A DNA stretch of 64,000 bases, from the NCBI GenBank assembly GCA_046563655.1, contig CM102283.1:9734001-9798000 (forward strand), in the 5' to 3' direction. The stretch is from Yuukianura sp. NJ FZ-2021. Taxonomy: Eukaryota. The translations under genes and the position numbers were made by a program. The notes under the pieces are model-generated. The model was not told the origin of the DNA. It did no database searches and was given only the letters and a program-made list of their open reading frames with translations. Shown here piece after piece: positions 30,723 through 43,192 of this stretch. Numbering within the stretch: position 1 is the stretch's first letter; each line of letters opens with the position of its first letter.

Positions 30723-31585
30723 CCAAATTCCAAAACGTTAAAAATTTAGTAGGAAAATCACTCTTTTTAAATAACATAATTCCAAATTCCAAAACGTTAA
30801 AAATTTAGTAGGAAAATCACTCTTTTTAAATAACATAATTCCAAATTCCAAAACGTTAAAAATTTAGTAGGAAAATCACTCTTTTTAAATAACATAATTC
30901 CAAATTCCAAAACGTTAAAAATTTAGTAGGAAAATCACTCTTTTTAAATAACATAATTCCAAATTCCAAAACGTTAAAAATTTAGTAGGAAAATCACTCT
31001 TTCTGAATAACATAATTCCAAATTCCAAAACGTTAAAAATTTAGTAGGAAAATCACTCTTTCTGAATAACATAATTCCAAATTCCAAAACGTTAAAAATT
31101 TAGTAGGAAAATCACTCTTTCTGAATAACATAATTCCAAATTCCAAAACGTTAAAAATTTAGTAGGAAAATCACTCTTTTTAAATAACATAATTCCAAAT
31201 TCCAAAACGTTAAAAATTTAGTAGGAAAATCATTCTTTTTAAATAACATAATTCCAAATTCCAAAACGTTAAAAATTTAGTAGGAAAATCACTCTTTTTA
31301 AATAACATAATTCCAAATTCCAAAACGTTAAAAATTTAGTAGGAAAATCACTCTTTTTAAATAACATAATTCCAAATTCCAAAACGTTAAAAATTTAGTA
31401 GGAAAATCACTCTTTTTAAATAACATAATTCCAAATTCCAAAACGTTAAAAATTTAGTAGGAAAATCACTCTTTTTAAATAACATAATTCCAAATTCCAA
31501 AACGTTAAAAATTTAGTAGGAAAATCACTCTTTTTCAATAACATAATTCCAAATTCCAAAACGTAAAAAATTTAAAAGGAAAATT
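30723..31585. repeat. 59-bp tandem repeat, about 14.5 near-identical copies
   Basis: The unit CCAAATTCCAAAACGTTAAAAATTTAGTAGGAAAATCACTCTTTTTAAATAACATAATT repeats head to tail with no spacers. Confidence 0.97.
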
Positions 31586-31710
31586 GGTCTAGCAATCTAT
31601 TATTCAATTTTTAGTTTATTTTTATGATTGCACTAAACAGAAGTGATTTTTTTTTGAAAAATATTTATCACAATTCACAAAAGGTGTGGAGACAGAGGCC
31701 AAAGTGCATG

Positions 31711-34215
31711 TTACATGAAAGCCCTTTTCTCCTTGCCTGGACATTTGCTGAATGGTTTGTAGTCACGGGCCACCGGATAGGTCACAAACTCCCTCATGGG
31801 GGGTTGACCTTGAGGAAATGGTTGACCTTGGGGAAATGGTTGACCTTGAGGGGGAGCATGGGGGTCAATGGGTGCTTGTGCTTGTGTCGTCGGTTGCTGC
31901 ACGAACTGGATACTTTCAGTTCCAGGCAATTTGGCTGATGAACAATCAGCAACATGCGGAGAGTAGTGCAGTTCGTTTTGAAGTTTCCCACGCTGCTCAG
32001 CATCCCAAACTACTGCGGCGTCCAAGTACTCTGCAAACGTCTTGTTTTCCATGTGCGCAGGCTCCACAATCAGAGGTTGCGAATCTTTGTTGAATCCGTG
32101 TTGCCTAAAATATTTTAAATTTATAATTTTTGTATATTTAAATAATGTAAAAAATCATACCATACCATTTGATCTTGGTGATGCCAAATGGAGGAAAGAG
32201 GCGGTTGATGTCGTAGTAGCTGCTGCAGGCCAACATTGGAATTTTGGGGTAATACCAGATGAAAACTTCACACATTTCGTTCACAGTTGAAAATCCAGCG
32301 ATCGTCACATTTGGTCTGCTGGTTGTGTCATAAGTACACTCTGAAAAACATAATCCAATTAATCAACAAAAAGGTAAAAGTTAAAACAAAAGTTTTCCGC
32401 AATTTACCAAAAGTGAGTTGATCTCCTGGAAAAATTTTGCGTTCTTGTCTGAGCGGTCGATTTTTCTGGAAATTGAAGTGGTAACTGTCATCTTTGGCAA
32501 TCCATTCAAGTTCCTTCTGTCCGCGGAAATGTCGCAGCTTCATCTTTCGTCCTAAGCAAAATTTGAATCAACTTAAAAAATTCAAAATTCTAGTTGTTCA
32601 AGTTTTTTTAAAACTGAAATTTTTTACCGGTCAAGTGAGTGTGGAGCAGCACATTGAAAATGGTGACGCCTTGCGGTGGGATTCCCCTCGTCGTACAAAA
32701 TGGAGAGCAGTGGCCAACGATCATGAAATCCTTGGATTTCGGTGGCAAAACAAGAGAACCCACCACAGAGTGACCCACAGTGAACATCCCAGCGTCATTG
32801 GCTCTGCAAATTCAAAATTTTCAAGGTCAAGGTCAAAGGTCAAATGACTAAAATTTAAACTTCACCGTAGTTTCGGAGTGTAGACAACGATGACTCCAGT
32901 TGTAAATTGAACGTTGGTTAGTTTCATAGGATTGTTGTAGTGGATTTCGAGCATGTAGTACTCCGTAGTGTCACCGCCAATTGGAAATCCAACATGCTCT
33001 GGCAGAAACAACGACTAGAAAATAGTAAAAAAAAATGTAAAATTTAACAAAAATTTTATGAAAAGTTAATAAAATTTGTTAAATTTACTTTGCCTCCAGC
33101 TCCCCAGTCGTAGAGAATGTTTTTGCAAAATTGCGTTGGTCTAGTGGCCATTTCCTTTTCTCCGTAGCACTCCCCACCCCCATCACCCACAAATTTATCA
33201 AAAACTTCGTTTCTGCCGTCCGGGGCTTCGCATTTGTAAATCACAAAGTGATGTGTGTGCTCAATAGCCTCCTTCGTGTACACGTATGGTTTAAACTGCA
33301 AAGGTCAAAGTAAAAGGTCAAAGGTCATACCAAAGGGATTTTCACAATTAAGAAACTTACCCCCACAATATGGTTTCTTCCTATGACTGGACTCTTGTGA
33401 AGAGTACACCAATACTGAAAATCAAAATTTCAATTTAAAATGTAAAAAAGGACTAAAAAGTAAATTTTTTCTTACGGAAAAAGATGTTTTTGGCATTGGT
33501 GTGTCCACGATGACATTCCATTCCTTGAAATGCTCCGTGTCCTTCGGAATAGTGACAGAGTCTAGCATGTTGGCGACATGCGTTCCTCGTACTGGTCCAT
33601 GGTAACCAATGTCGTCAGTCATGGCATACGCCCATATGATATTCATCGTGTCACTCTTACAATTCAAAAACAAGTTCAAAAATTCCTAAAAATCCAAATT
33701 CAAAAATTTCGAAATTTTGAATTTTACCGAAATTTTGACATCCTGTTCGTCGCAAGTGTCAAGGTGACGATAGACCCTGATACTCGTGTGCGTCCCATTC
33801 TCTACGGCACTCAGCATGTTCCAGTCTTCCTGCTTGTCCCTCACTGGCATCGTGTTTCCCACGCCATGGTAATCCTAAAATCAAAATCACATCAAAATTT
33901 CAAAAAATTTCAAAATTTAAAAAAATTTTAAGTTCCTACCCCAATGTACGGTTTTCCATCTGGATACACTCCAGCGATCATCATGTCAGCTCCAGTCATG
34001 CCTCCATGCACAGAGAGACCAAATCCAACCCAGCCAGTAGTCTCCACTGTCAGTTCCAGCATCATGATTCCAGTGCTAAACTCAACTTCCCAACTGGCCA
34101 AGTACTTTCCAGCACCATGGTCCAACCACTCAACTACTCTTTCTCCATCACTCCTAACGTAGTCAATAGACACTAACACAAGGACTAAAATTATAGACAC
34201 TCCACACTTTGTCAT
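31711..34215 (-). CDS. DBH-like copper monooxygenase (MOXD1-like): signal peptide, DOMON and Cu type II monooxygenase domains
   Basis: DOMON GWVGFGLSVHGGMTGADMMIAGV, HTHHFVIYKC, WGAGG, LEIHYNNP, HTHL, DDSYHFNFQ, and NEMC. Confidence 0.9.
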
Positions 34216-37200
34216 CTTGGAAAAAGTACTCAAAGTACTGGAGCACTGCAAGACTAACACTTAAAAAGTACTAAAAAACTAAAAGTAAAAGCACTACACT
34301 ATAAGGACTAAAACTTCTCAAGTACTAAAGCACTAACACTTAAAAGTCTAAAAGTTAAAAGTACTAAAAGTTAAAAGCACTAAAACGTGAGTGAACGGTT
34401 GAGTGAGTGTGAAGTTGGTAGCAAGTGCCTTTATGAGTTGCGACTTAAACAATGGCCTCAAGACTACAAAGAAGTTTTGGCGGCGGCGGCTAAAAGCCGT
34501 CTAAACTCCTTTTCGTTTCATCTGAAATGGATATAGTATGTACGACGTCAACTGGAAACGATTTCCTTATAGACTCTCAGTTTGTGCCGACTAAAAGGAC
34601 TAACACCACTTTTAGTCCTTTAACAATACACATTCACACTCAATTAAAATGATGATTGTTACATATAAAACAATAGGGAGAGCAACTCCACGTCATGGGT
34701 GGATTTGGGTTCAATTTTTACGTAAGATCTACCGTAGGCAAAAAATTTTTGGCAACGCTATGAAAGCGTGACAAAACGCTACAGAAAAAAAAGTTTGCAA
34801 AAAATGTAATTGACCGTTGCGTTTTTAAAATCAAAATTTTTTGAGGACGATTGGTTTCGCCACGTCCACAAAAAATTAAATGTAATTAAGTGTGATATTG
34901 ACCCCTCAAAGTCACAAATTTCCAAGGCTATTCGTCTATTTCGTAATATTTTTTTTTCACTTTTTAGCACAAAGGGAACACAAAAGTTGATGATGCGATG
35001 AAACCCTGAAAAGTTTAGCAGATTTTTCCAGATTTCGCAGAACTAACTTCGTCATCGTCACTTCAGTAAATAAAATATACCTGGAACTCTTCTATGCAAA
35101 CTCCTTAATTTTTTTGTTTAACAAGAAAGTGGTTTTGCTTGAGTCAAATTGGCGTAAAACCCAAAATCCCAACTTTTTGCAAATTAAATCCCCAGTAAGT
35201 GGTAGTGGTTCAACCAAAGAGCTAAAGTGAAACAAAAAATTTTGTTTTTACATAAGGTGTTGGTGCATTTGATTTAAATGTCTGACGAAAGTGAAATCTT
35301 GAAAAACTAGTTTCTATTTTCAATAATAAAGTTATATAACTTACGCATTTTCATTTACATCCGGATTACCTAATAACCCCATGGCCTAAAAGTTAGTCAT
35401 TGTCAAAATTTTGGAAAAAAAAAAGTTCAAAAAAACTGAAATCCTTGACCCCGTTGTGTTATTGTGAGTGAAAAGGAAGTTTCGCAGGACGACCTTCGGT
35501 TGACCAGCAGTCCGTGCTTAATTAACTCTCGAATTATGAAATATAATGTGGAAATTTAATAATTTTATTAAATTATTCTAAAAACTTAAGAATTCACAAA
35601 GGCTGTCTAAAACTCCAGAATTTCTGGAACAACTAGACTTGAATTTCTTAGATTTTTAGATTTAGTGAAATTTCTCTCAATTTGGCACTTTTCTCATCAA
35701 AAATTGCATTTCTTGCTGTTTTTTGCCGTCAAAATTTCTAATTTTTTACCTTTTTTCTTGCCCTTGTGAACTGGCATTTACTGGTATTTACCACTTTAGT
35801 TTAGTTATGAACTGGTAAATACCAGATTGGTAACGGGTAGTGGTTTGGTATGTTTGTTATGAAATGCAACTAAAGTTATTCATTACCTAATTTAGTGGAA
35901 ATGGAACAAAGTTCCGCCAACACTAATCCAAAGTGATCTCATTCTTTACCAACTGTATAATTCATAATTTGGTGTATTTTGTAGGTGGAATGCCAACTAA
36001 AAAGCATGATCAAAGATCAAATCATCATTCAACTCACGCAACATAAAACTTTTACGCATTTGTCTTTCAAGAGATTTACGATTTAAACTTTTAATTTTCC
36101 ATTTTACGTAAGTGGGGGGATATTGGCCATTACACTTTTGAGTACAACTTTTAATAGTACTTTTTAGTACAACTTGTGTTACTTGGGAGGAAGTTAAGTA
36201 GAGAATTAAGCAAGTAATCAGACTGTGGATTAACAAGAGCAATTAGTTAACTCTAAAATACGCTTCAGTTGCCGTTACTTTTTAAGTTAACTTCAATTAA
36301 AACATTGGTTACATTTCATGTACCTTCACATTTCAACAAATCTTAAAATTATAACTTCTCAACCGCAAATAATTTAAGTTTTTGTGCTGTTCCCCTCCAA
36401 AAACAATCGACGCTGACTGCTAAAAATCAATATGAAGTGACCTTCACTTTCAATGTTGAATTGGAGTCATTAAATGCACAATTCAACTGTTGATGCAAAA
36501 TTACAACTTTAAAGACAAATGAAGGTCAAAGGGAAATGTCACTTGTCTTAAAATCTTAAGATCTGATTCGCATGAGTGGATCTTCCGGAAAAAGTGATAC
36601 TTTGTCGCTTGGCACGAGATCTCAAACTACAGCAATTGTCACAAATTGTCAAACTCAAATACACAATTTGTTGTGTAATTCATATCATTATGATTTAACA
36701 ACTTTGGCCATTCAAAATGTCAACTCAAAAATTAGAAAAAAAAAAGTTAGTTTGAAATGACATTTTTGAAGTTTAGGGACTATTGTCTCAACACACCTTC
36801 ACTTAAATGTCCATTTTCCATTGTTCTTTTTACACATTTGCCAAAGCTAAACCCTGACATTATTTCCGATCTTGTACTTTTTAAAAGGGAGTTTCAAGAA
36901 AAGTTAAACTTTCGAGAATTGTAAACTTTGAGGAATGTTTTCAAAAAGAAAGAAAAAGCTAATCTAAAAGTTAAATTTTGAACAGGTACGTTAAAATGCA
37001 TTTTGTGATGAACTGGAATTTAAGTTTTGTACAAGTTGAACTTTGAGTTTTGAAAGATTTTGTTGGATAGAAATTGAAATGGACAAAAGTAACAATTGAC
37101 ACTACCCTATGCACATTATGTTTAACACAACCAACAATATTTAACAAAAATTGTTTGGCTCGGCAGTTAAAAAACGAAACTTGTAAAGTAATTGGTAACC

Positions 37201-37351
37201 AAAACTAGTCAAATCTAAAATCTACTTCTTATAACCTATCTAAAAACTATGGAACATGTTCTTTTGGAAAACTGGTAACTTAGAATACTTTGTGAAATCA
37301 AAATGAGAGAGAAATCGAACCAATCGAAATGGAAATGGAACTTGTTGGATT

Positions 37352-40300
37352 CTAATTGATCCTGTTTCGATTGTTGTCTTTGATGTCTGCTCTCTGATCA
37401 TTCATTCGTCCTGCCTGGAATCGAGCAATTAGTGAAAAGAAATCTTCGTCTGGAACGGTGGGACAGCGGTGGGACGAGGATTTTCTGGATGCTGGCCCAG
37501 TACTTGGGCCAGCATAGTCGTCTGGCAGTACACTCCTCTGCTCCTCAATCCGAGAACCCTGCAACAGAAGCATTTGAAAAAAAAATGAAAAAATTGCAAA
37601 AATTTTCTAAAATTTTGAAAAATAAATGTCTTTAGCAGTTACTTACTTGACATCGAATGAGCATGTCAAAGAATTTGTCATCGTCAGGACTAGATTCTGG
37701 AAGACTTGCTCTTTGTTCGTCCATTCTCTTTGATTGCATTCCAAAAATCAAGTCCAGGAGATCGTCACTTCCAGCTACAACCACAAAGGAGTAATCGTTA
37801 AAAAGTGATTAAAACTTTTTGTCATTGATGAAAACTGTTTAAAAACACTTACAAATGTCAGCTTGTTCGTCAGCTTTCATTGGCCGAACAGGTCCGACTG
37901 GCATGCTGTTGGCTCTCATCGGTGGTGGCTTGGATCTTTTGTCAGAATTCTCCTTATTTCCCAACATTCTTAAATTACTGTGATGCTGCTGGTTGAATGA
38001 GCCAGTAGTCACAAATGGTGGACGAGCATTCTGGGAACTACTGCTAGAAGTACATGGGAAACTATCACTCGAGGTTCTCTCTCCAGCGCCAGCGATTTTG
38101 TCCTGTCCAGCCTCAGGCATCACACATCGCTGATCGTCCATCCTTCCCGCTTGACACTTTGTCAGAAGATCAAAAAAATCATCTTGATCTTCTCCCTCTT
38201 CATCTTCAGCCTCTGAACTTTTGGAAACATTCAGCATGTTCTTAGGAGAAGAAAGATTTGACGCTGAACTTCCTTTGTTGGACAGCACATGACCAAGCGA
38301 CAGCGATCGCTGCTTCCGAGATGCTGTTGCCATGGATACTTCAGCAGTTGGGTTTTGAGGTCTCCGTGATTTGGCTTTAGCTGCAGCCGCTTCCGGGGTC
38401 ATGCGAATCAGACTCATTTCTTGCATTGACCTCCTCCGACTACTGCTGTTGCTGACGCTGGAACTCTCCTGTTCCAGCGTCTCTTCGTTTCCAGCGTCTT
38501 CAGTTCCAGCTACCTCGTCAGCGATTCCCAGCGCATGGTGCAGATCAGCTACATTTTGTTCTGCTGTGTCTTGACTCAGGGCGTCATTCAATTCCGTAGC
38601 TACGACTAAATGTTGTTTGGCGTACAATAGAGCCTGTCGGTAGTCACCCATGGCCGAGTACACGTTGCCCAAACTCCAGAACGCACGACCTAAGCAACAA
38701 TTAGTTAAATTAATGTTAAATTAATTAGTAATTAGTTTAATTAATCAAAGTTTAATTAAATAATTAACCTTCTCCAACTTTATCGTGGAGGTGTTGTGCA
38801 ATCTGGAGGTGTTTCAAGTGCCATTCGATGGCTTTGACATAATCTCTCATGAGGGTGTAGGTGTTGCCGAGACTGTAGCAAGCTTGAGCCTCCACTGCTT
38901 GATCCCCAAGTTCCTTTGACAAGTTCAGAGCTTTCCTAAATTTTCAAAATTTCAAGAAATCAAAACCATTTTCATAAAATTTTGAAAAACTGGAACGTGA
39001 GTGTGGAGTTATTACTGGTAATTTAGAGCGGCCGTTTCAAAATCTCCAGAGAAGACATAAGCATTTCCTAGATTTGTGAATGCTCTCCGCTGAGCATTTT
39101 TGTCTCCAGACTCCTCCCCTAACTGCAGTCGCTTGTTGTGGTACAGTACTGCTTCGTCAAAGTTCCCCAAAAGATAATGCACGTTCCCTAAATTCCCGCA
39201 AGCTCTGCCTTCTCCACTCTTGTCATTCAACTCCTTTGTCAAGTCCAAATTTGACCTGGAAATGTCAAAAAAACATAAAAATTAGTTCAAATTCAAAATA
39301 TTTCAAAAAACTACCATTTGGAAAATAGAATCACAATGGATCACAAACTGTTTTTCTTTGGTCTGTTAGGATTTCTCCAAGCTTTTTCACCACTTTCTGG
39401 AACTCCAGTGGAAATTCCAGAAACAGAAAGTGATAATGTTGCCACCAATGGACGTAGCAGTGACGCTGTTGCCACCAGAGGAAGTGGAACACCATGTACT
39501 GGGTGGTGCACTTTAGACTACTCCCCTGTCTGTGGCTACAATCTCACTTCTGGAAAACTGGAAACTTATGACAACAAGTGTGAACTGGAGCAGCTCCAGT
39601 GTGGTTCTCCAGTTCCACAAGGTCAGTCCACAACTAACTCCAAAATCAACACAAATTTTACTAAAAAGCGTAAAACTTATTTGTGGTTTCCTCATTTTTT
39701 GTAGTGATTGTGGTGAAGAACGGGAAGTGTAATTCCACTGGAGGATTTCCACCCTTTGGCAGAAGTCTGCTTCAATTTCAGCTCAAGGACCACGTCAATC
39801 CCTCTCCTTCGGAACGCAATCAAAGGAAATTAGCCAATAAACAGTTCTTCATCAACTTCCGAAAATAAAATTTTCTAATTAAAAACTTCCGAAAATAAAA
39901 TTTAGTAATAAAAAATGTTAAAATAAACTGGTTTTGAATGAAATGACTCCACCTTGTTCAAAGTAAGCGTCCGTGAATCACTGGACTTGTTGCAAAAATT
40001 AGCACAAAATTATGCATACCAATGATTTCGTTCCAAAACTATGAAAAGTGTAAGGTTAACCTCACTTGTCAGGAACAAAATACTTTCAAAATAATACTGC
40101 AAACAATAGTTTCCAATAAATCTAATCCCAATTTTCCAAATTTTGAAAATTGGTAAAAATTTGGGTGTGTAGGCGGAGAGCACGTTACACAAGTTACGCT
40201 TGAAGTTTTTCAGTTTTGTTTTTTGCTCAGTTTTTTAATGTGGGTCAATAAATTGTAGCAAACCGCACTTCCCTTCTTTCTTTGTGACAAAAACACTTGT

Positions 40301-41925
40301 GTTTGAGAGAATTTTAAACATTCTGGATTTGCGTAAAAGTGAATTATCGGTCCATTTAAATTCCAGATTGTAAATTACAATCTGTAATTCCAATTTGTAA
40401 TGGAACGATTCTGTAACAAAGCTTTACATCTGATAGGTCTATTGTACAAAACTCCGTTAATTTTCATTTTAATCCCAAGTTTGTTCCAACTTTTCAACTG
40501 GAACCGAGTCATAGCGGACCCCTCGTTCAAAAAAAGTTGGGATTCCGAAGGTAAAACTTTTAACTTTTTTTAAAAATCCGAAAAAATAAACTTTTCAAAA
40601 AGTTTCAAAAAAAATCTTGAATTTGTAGAAATGTCGGTGCCTCGGAGGCCTAGAATCAGCGGAGAGTCAGTGCAGCGAATCCAGCACAGTCCGGGTGGAC
40701 TTGATTTGTGGCTGGAGTGTGAATTTCAAGGAAATCCAACACCCCAACCACTTTGGCTCAAAGACTCAGCAGTATGTCCAAGAAATCACAAGTCAATAAA
40801 GTTAGTTTTAGTTAAACTTGATTGATTTGTGCTTAGAATGTTCCGGATGACTATGCAATTATCACTGAGTTGGACAAGGGAACGACATCCATTGGAATTC
40901 CGGATGAATCTTTGACCTTGGACAGTGAAACGAACATGACTTGTGTAGCTTCCAACTTCCTCGGAAGTGCAATTCGGAGTTTCATTCTCATCCCAGTTCT
41001 TCAACCACAATCACGATCCACTAACTCACTTTTTAGTACGTCCACAAACGATTCCTGGACGTACTAAAAGAGAACGGTCGGACTAATCCTCTGAAAACTC
41101 AGAATTTTCAGAATCCAGTTATCCGGTTTGGCAAAATAAAACTAATTGATAACCGGTTGAAAACTTACTCGTAGAGTTCCACAGCTTTTCGCAAACATGT
41201 CGTCACTTCCTCCGGGAATTCTCCAGGATCCTGCTGCCCATTCTTGCCCATGTGTTTCCCCTTGGAGTGGTAAGCATTGGCCAAGTTGTAGTAGGCCCTT
41301 GCTTGACCAATCTTGTCCCCAAGTTTAGTCGTGATTTCGAGGTGCCTTCCACAACAGATGATTGCCTCATCGAACTTCCCCATGACCTTCAAAGTGTTGC
41401 CTAGGTTTCCAGATGCCTTGGCCTCTCCTAATTTATCCCCCATCGTACTAAAAGCAAAAGAAACGATTAAATTCAATTACTAATTACTCATTCCTTAGTT
41501 GTAGAATTTGATGATTGATTACCGAGCTAGAGTGAGATCATGTTTGTGAAAATTCATGGCCTTGACATAGTCCCCAATATAGAAGTAGGCATTCCCAAGC
41601 TGTGAGTAAATGACACTGAGGGTTTTGAGGTCGTCGCATCCAGCCTGAATCGCTGCTTCGAAGAATGCAATGCCCGAACGGAAGTCACCGGATTTGCATA
41701 ATCGCTCGCCCTCCAGCGCAAGTTCCATTGTTGTGTCGTCCAACATTCCGGAAGCAGCAGTAGCCTAGTAAACATAAAGAACATCAAGATTATCCATCAC
41801 ATCTCAGCAAAGTCCAATCAGTGAATACTAAAAGTAATCAAGCGTAAATTCGTTAGCACAAAGACGATTAATCGATTAAGTCCAAATCCTGACTAAGGAG
41901 CCGATGACCTAGTATCACTTACCAT
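37352..41925 (-). CDS. pins: Partner of inscuteable / GPSM2 (LGN/AGS3): TPR repeats plus four GoLoco motifs
   Basis: MELALEGERLCKSGDFRSGIAFFEAAIQAG, GEAKASGNLGNTLK. GoLoco motifs FFDLLTKCQAGRMDDQR, LLDLIFGMQSKRMDEQR, FFDMLIRCQGSRIEEQR and FFSLIARFQAGRMNDQR. The first coding exon is probably ATG only. Confidence 0.95.
39336..39868 (+). CDS. Secreted Kazal-type protease inhibitor, nested antisense in a pins intron
   Basis: Signal peptide MDHKLFFFGLLGFLQAFS, then Kazal CTGWCTLDYSPVCG...TYDNKCELEQLQC...VVKNGKC. Intron at 39622-39704. Confidence 0.85.
40400..41067 (+). CDS. Small single Ig (I-set-like) domain protein, nested antisense in the same pins intron
   Basis: Three in-phase exons give a hydrophobic leader, PRRPRI...LWLECEFQGNPTPQPLWLKD and MTCVASNFLGSA. 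AATAAA lies at ~41135. Confidence 0.75.
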
Positions 41926-42370
41926 TCCGAATTCCGTAATACTGAATCTACCTTTGAAAAATTAACTTAAAACGAACTTAAATTTTGTAAAGTGGACAGA
42001 TGCTGGATAATGGAGTAAATAAGATGACTTTTTACAAGTAACTTGATGTGGGGATGACAAGATCTGTTCCGTAAGATGTGTTGTGCGATTGTTGACCATG
42101 TCACCGTGACAAGAGGAAAAGATCAACGACCAACACAACAATACACAATGGAATGTAAGGAATTTACCCTGCTAAAAAAAACTTCCGTTGTTCCATATAA
42201 GGAACTCCCTCCCGTCCCCCGTTGCCTAATCTCTCCCTAGGCAATACACAGCTTATACAAACACATGGATAACTCAACTGGACTTGCACGCTAATCAGCT
42301 GTCATTTCCAACTAATCAATTAACGTCACTCTTCAACTTAATTTAATAACTGCTTCTGGATCCAACAATC

Positions 42371-42916
42371 ATGAACAAGGGCAGGGCAACTAAAAGGAAG
42401 TATGGCACAGGGCAGAAAACTTCACAATCAGGTCAGTTCGTCAGTCCTCATTCATATCCTTCCTAAGCAATAATGTCAATGTCAACTTTGGATTTTAATG
42501 TCAACTTTTGTTTGTCGATTTCAGAACGACCAGAGTTTGACATGAAGAAGGCCCGTTATGACATAATCAAGTTCGCCATGTCGGGATTGTCCGGAACAGC
42601 TAAACACGATGCCGAAACTAACTTGGCCATTAGTCTGGGAGCTAAACCACCAAAATCCACTTATGTCAACTACAAAGAACTCCAGATTACAAGGAAGAAG
42701 GAACGTGAGGAACGTCAACTCCTTCGGCAGAGTTCAACTAAACCAAAGGTCAATAAGACCGAGAAGAACGATGGAAAGAAAGCACTGACTAAAAAGAAAC
42801 CAGTCAAACACTCATTAGAGACAACCGGAATTTACAAGGTCAAGGCCCCTCCTGGATCTTCCAGAAACAACAGCAAAAACGTTTTCGAAGGGAGAGGTAA
42901 ACGTCGACGACATTAG
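42371..42916 (+). CDS. C1orf131-like (DUF4602) small basic protein
   Basis: FDMKKARYDIIKFAMSG...AISLGAKPPKSTYVNYKEL with a Lys-rich tail; two exons. Confidence 0.75.
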
Positions 42917-43192
42917 AATAACTTATTTTTAACAAATATTTAATAGACATCAAATAAATCTTTTTAACAAAATGAATAACTTTATCATCATAAAGGAATT
43001 TAACATCTTTCGTGTCCAAATTCTTTTATAGGTTGTTAACTAATACGCAGACATAAATAGAGAACTTAAGGGGCTGCGAGGTCAAAGACTTGTGAAAACC
43101 AATTACTAATTAGATTGTGGTTACTACTTTATCGATGTCATTGATGTCGCTTCGGATGTCGCTCAGTACATCGATGTCACTTCGTCAGTTGC

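Noticed and set aside
30723..31585. CRISPR-like array
   Set aside because: The units are contiguous and near identical with no unique spacers, there are no cas genes, and the context is eukaryotic. It is a minisatellite.
34260..37350. Hidden gene between MOXD1 and pins
   Set aside because: Only short AT-rich ORFs and degenerate AAAAGTACT repeats are present. The region is consistent with a promoter plus a long pins 3' UTR.
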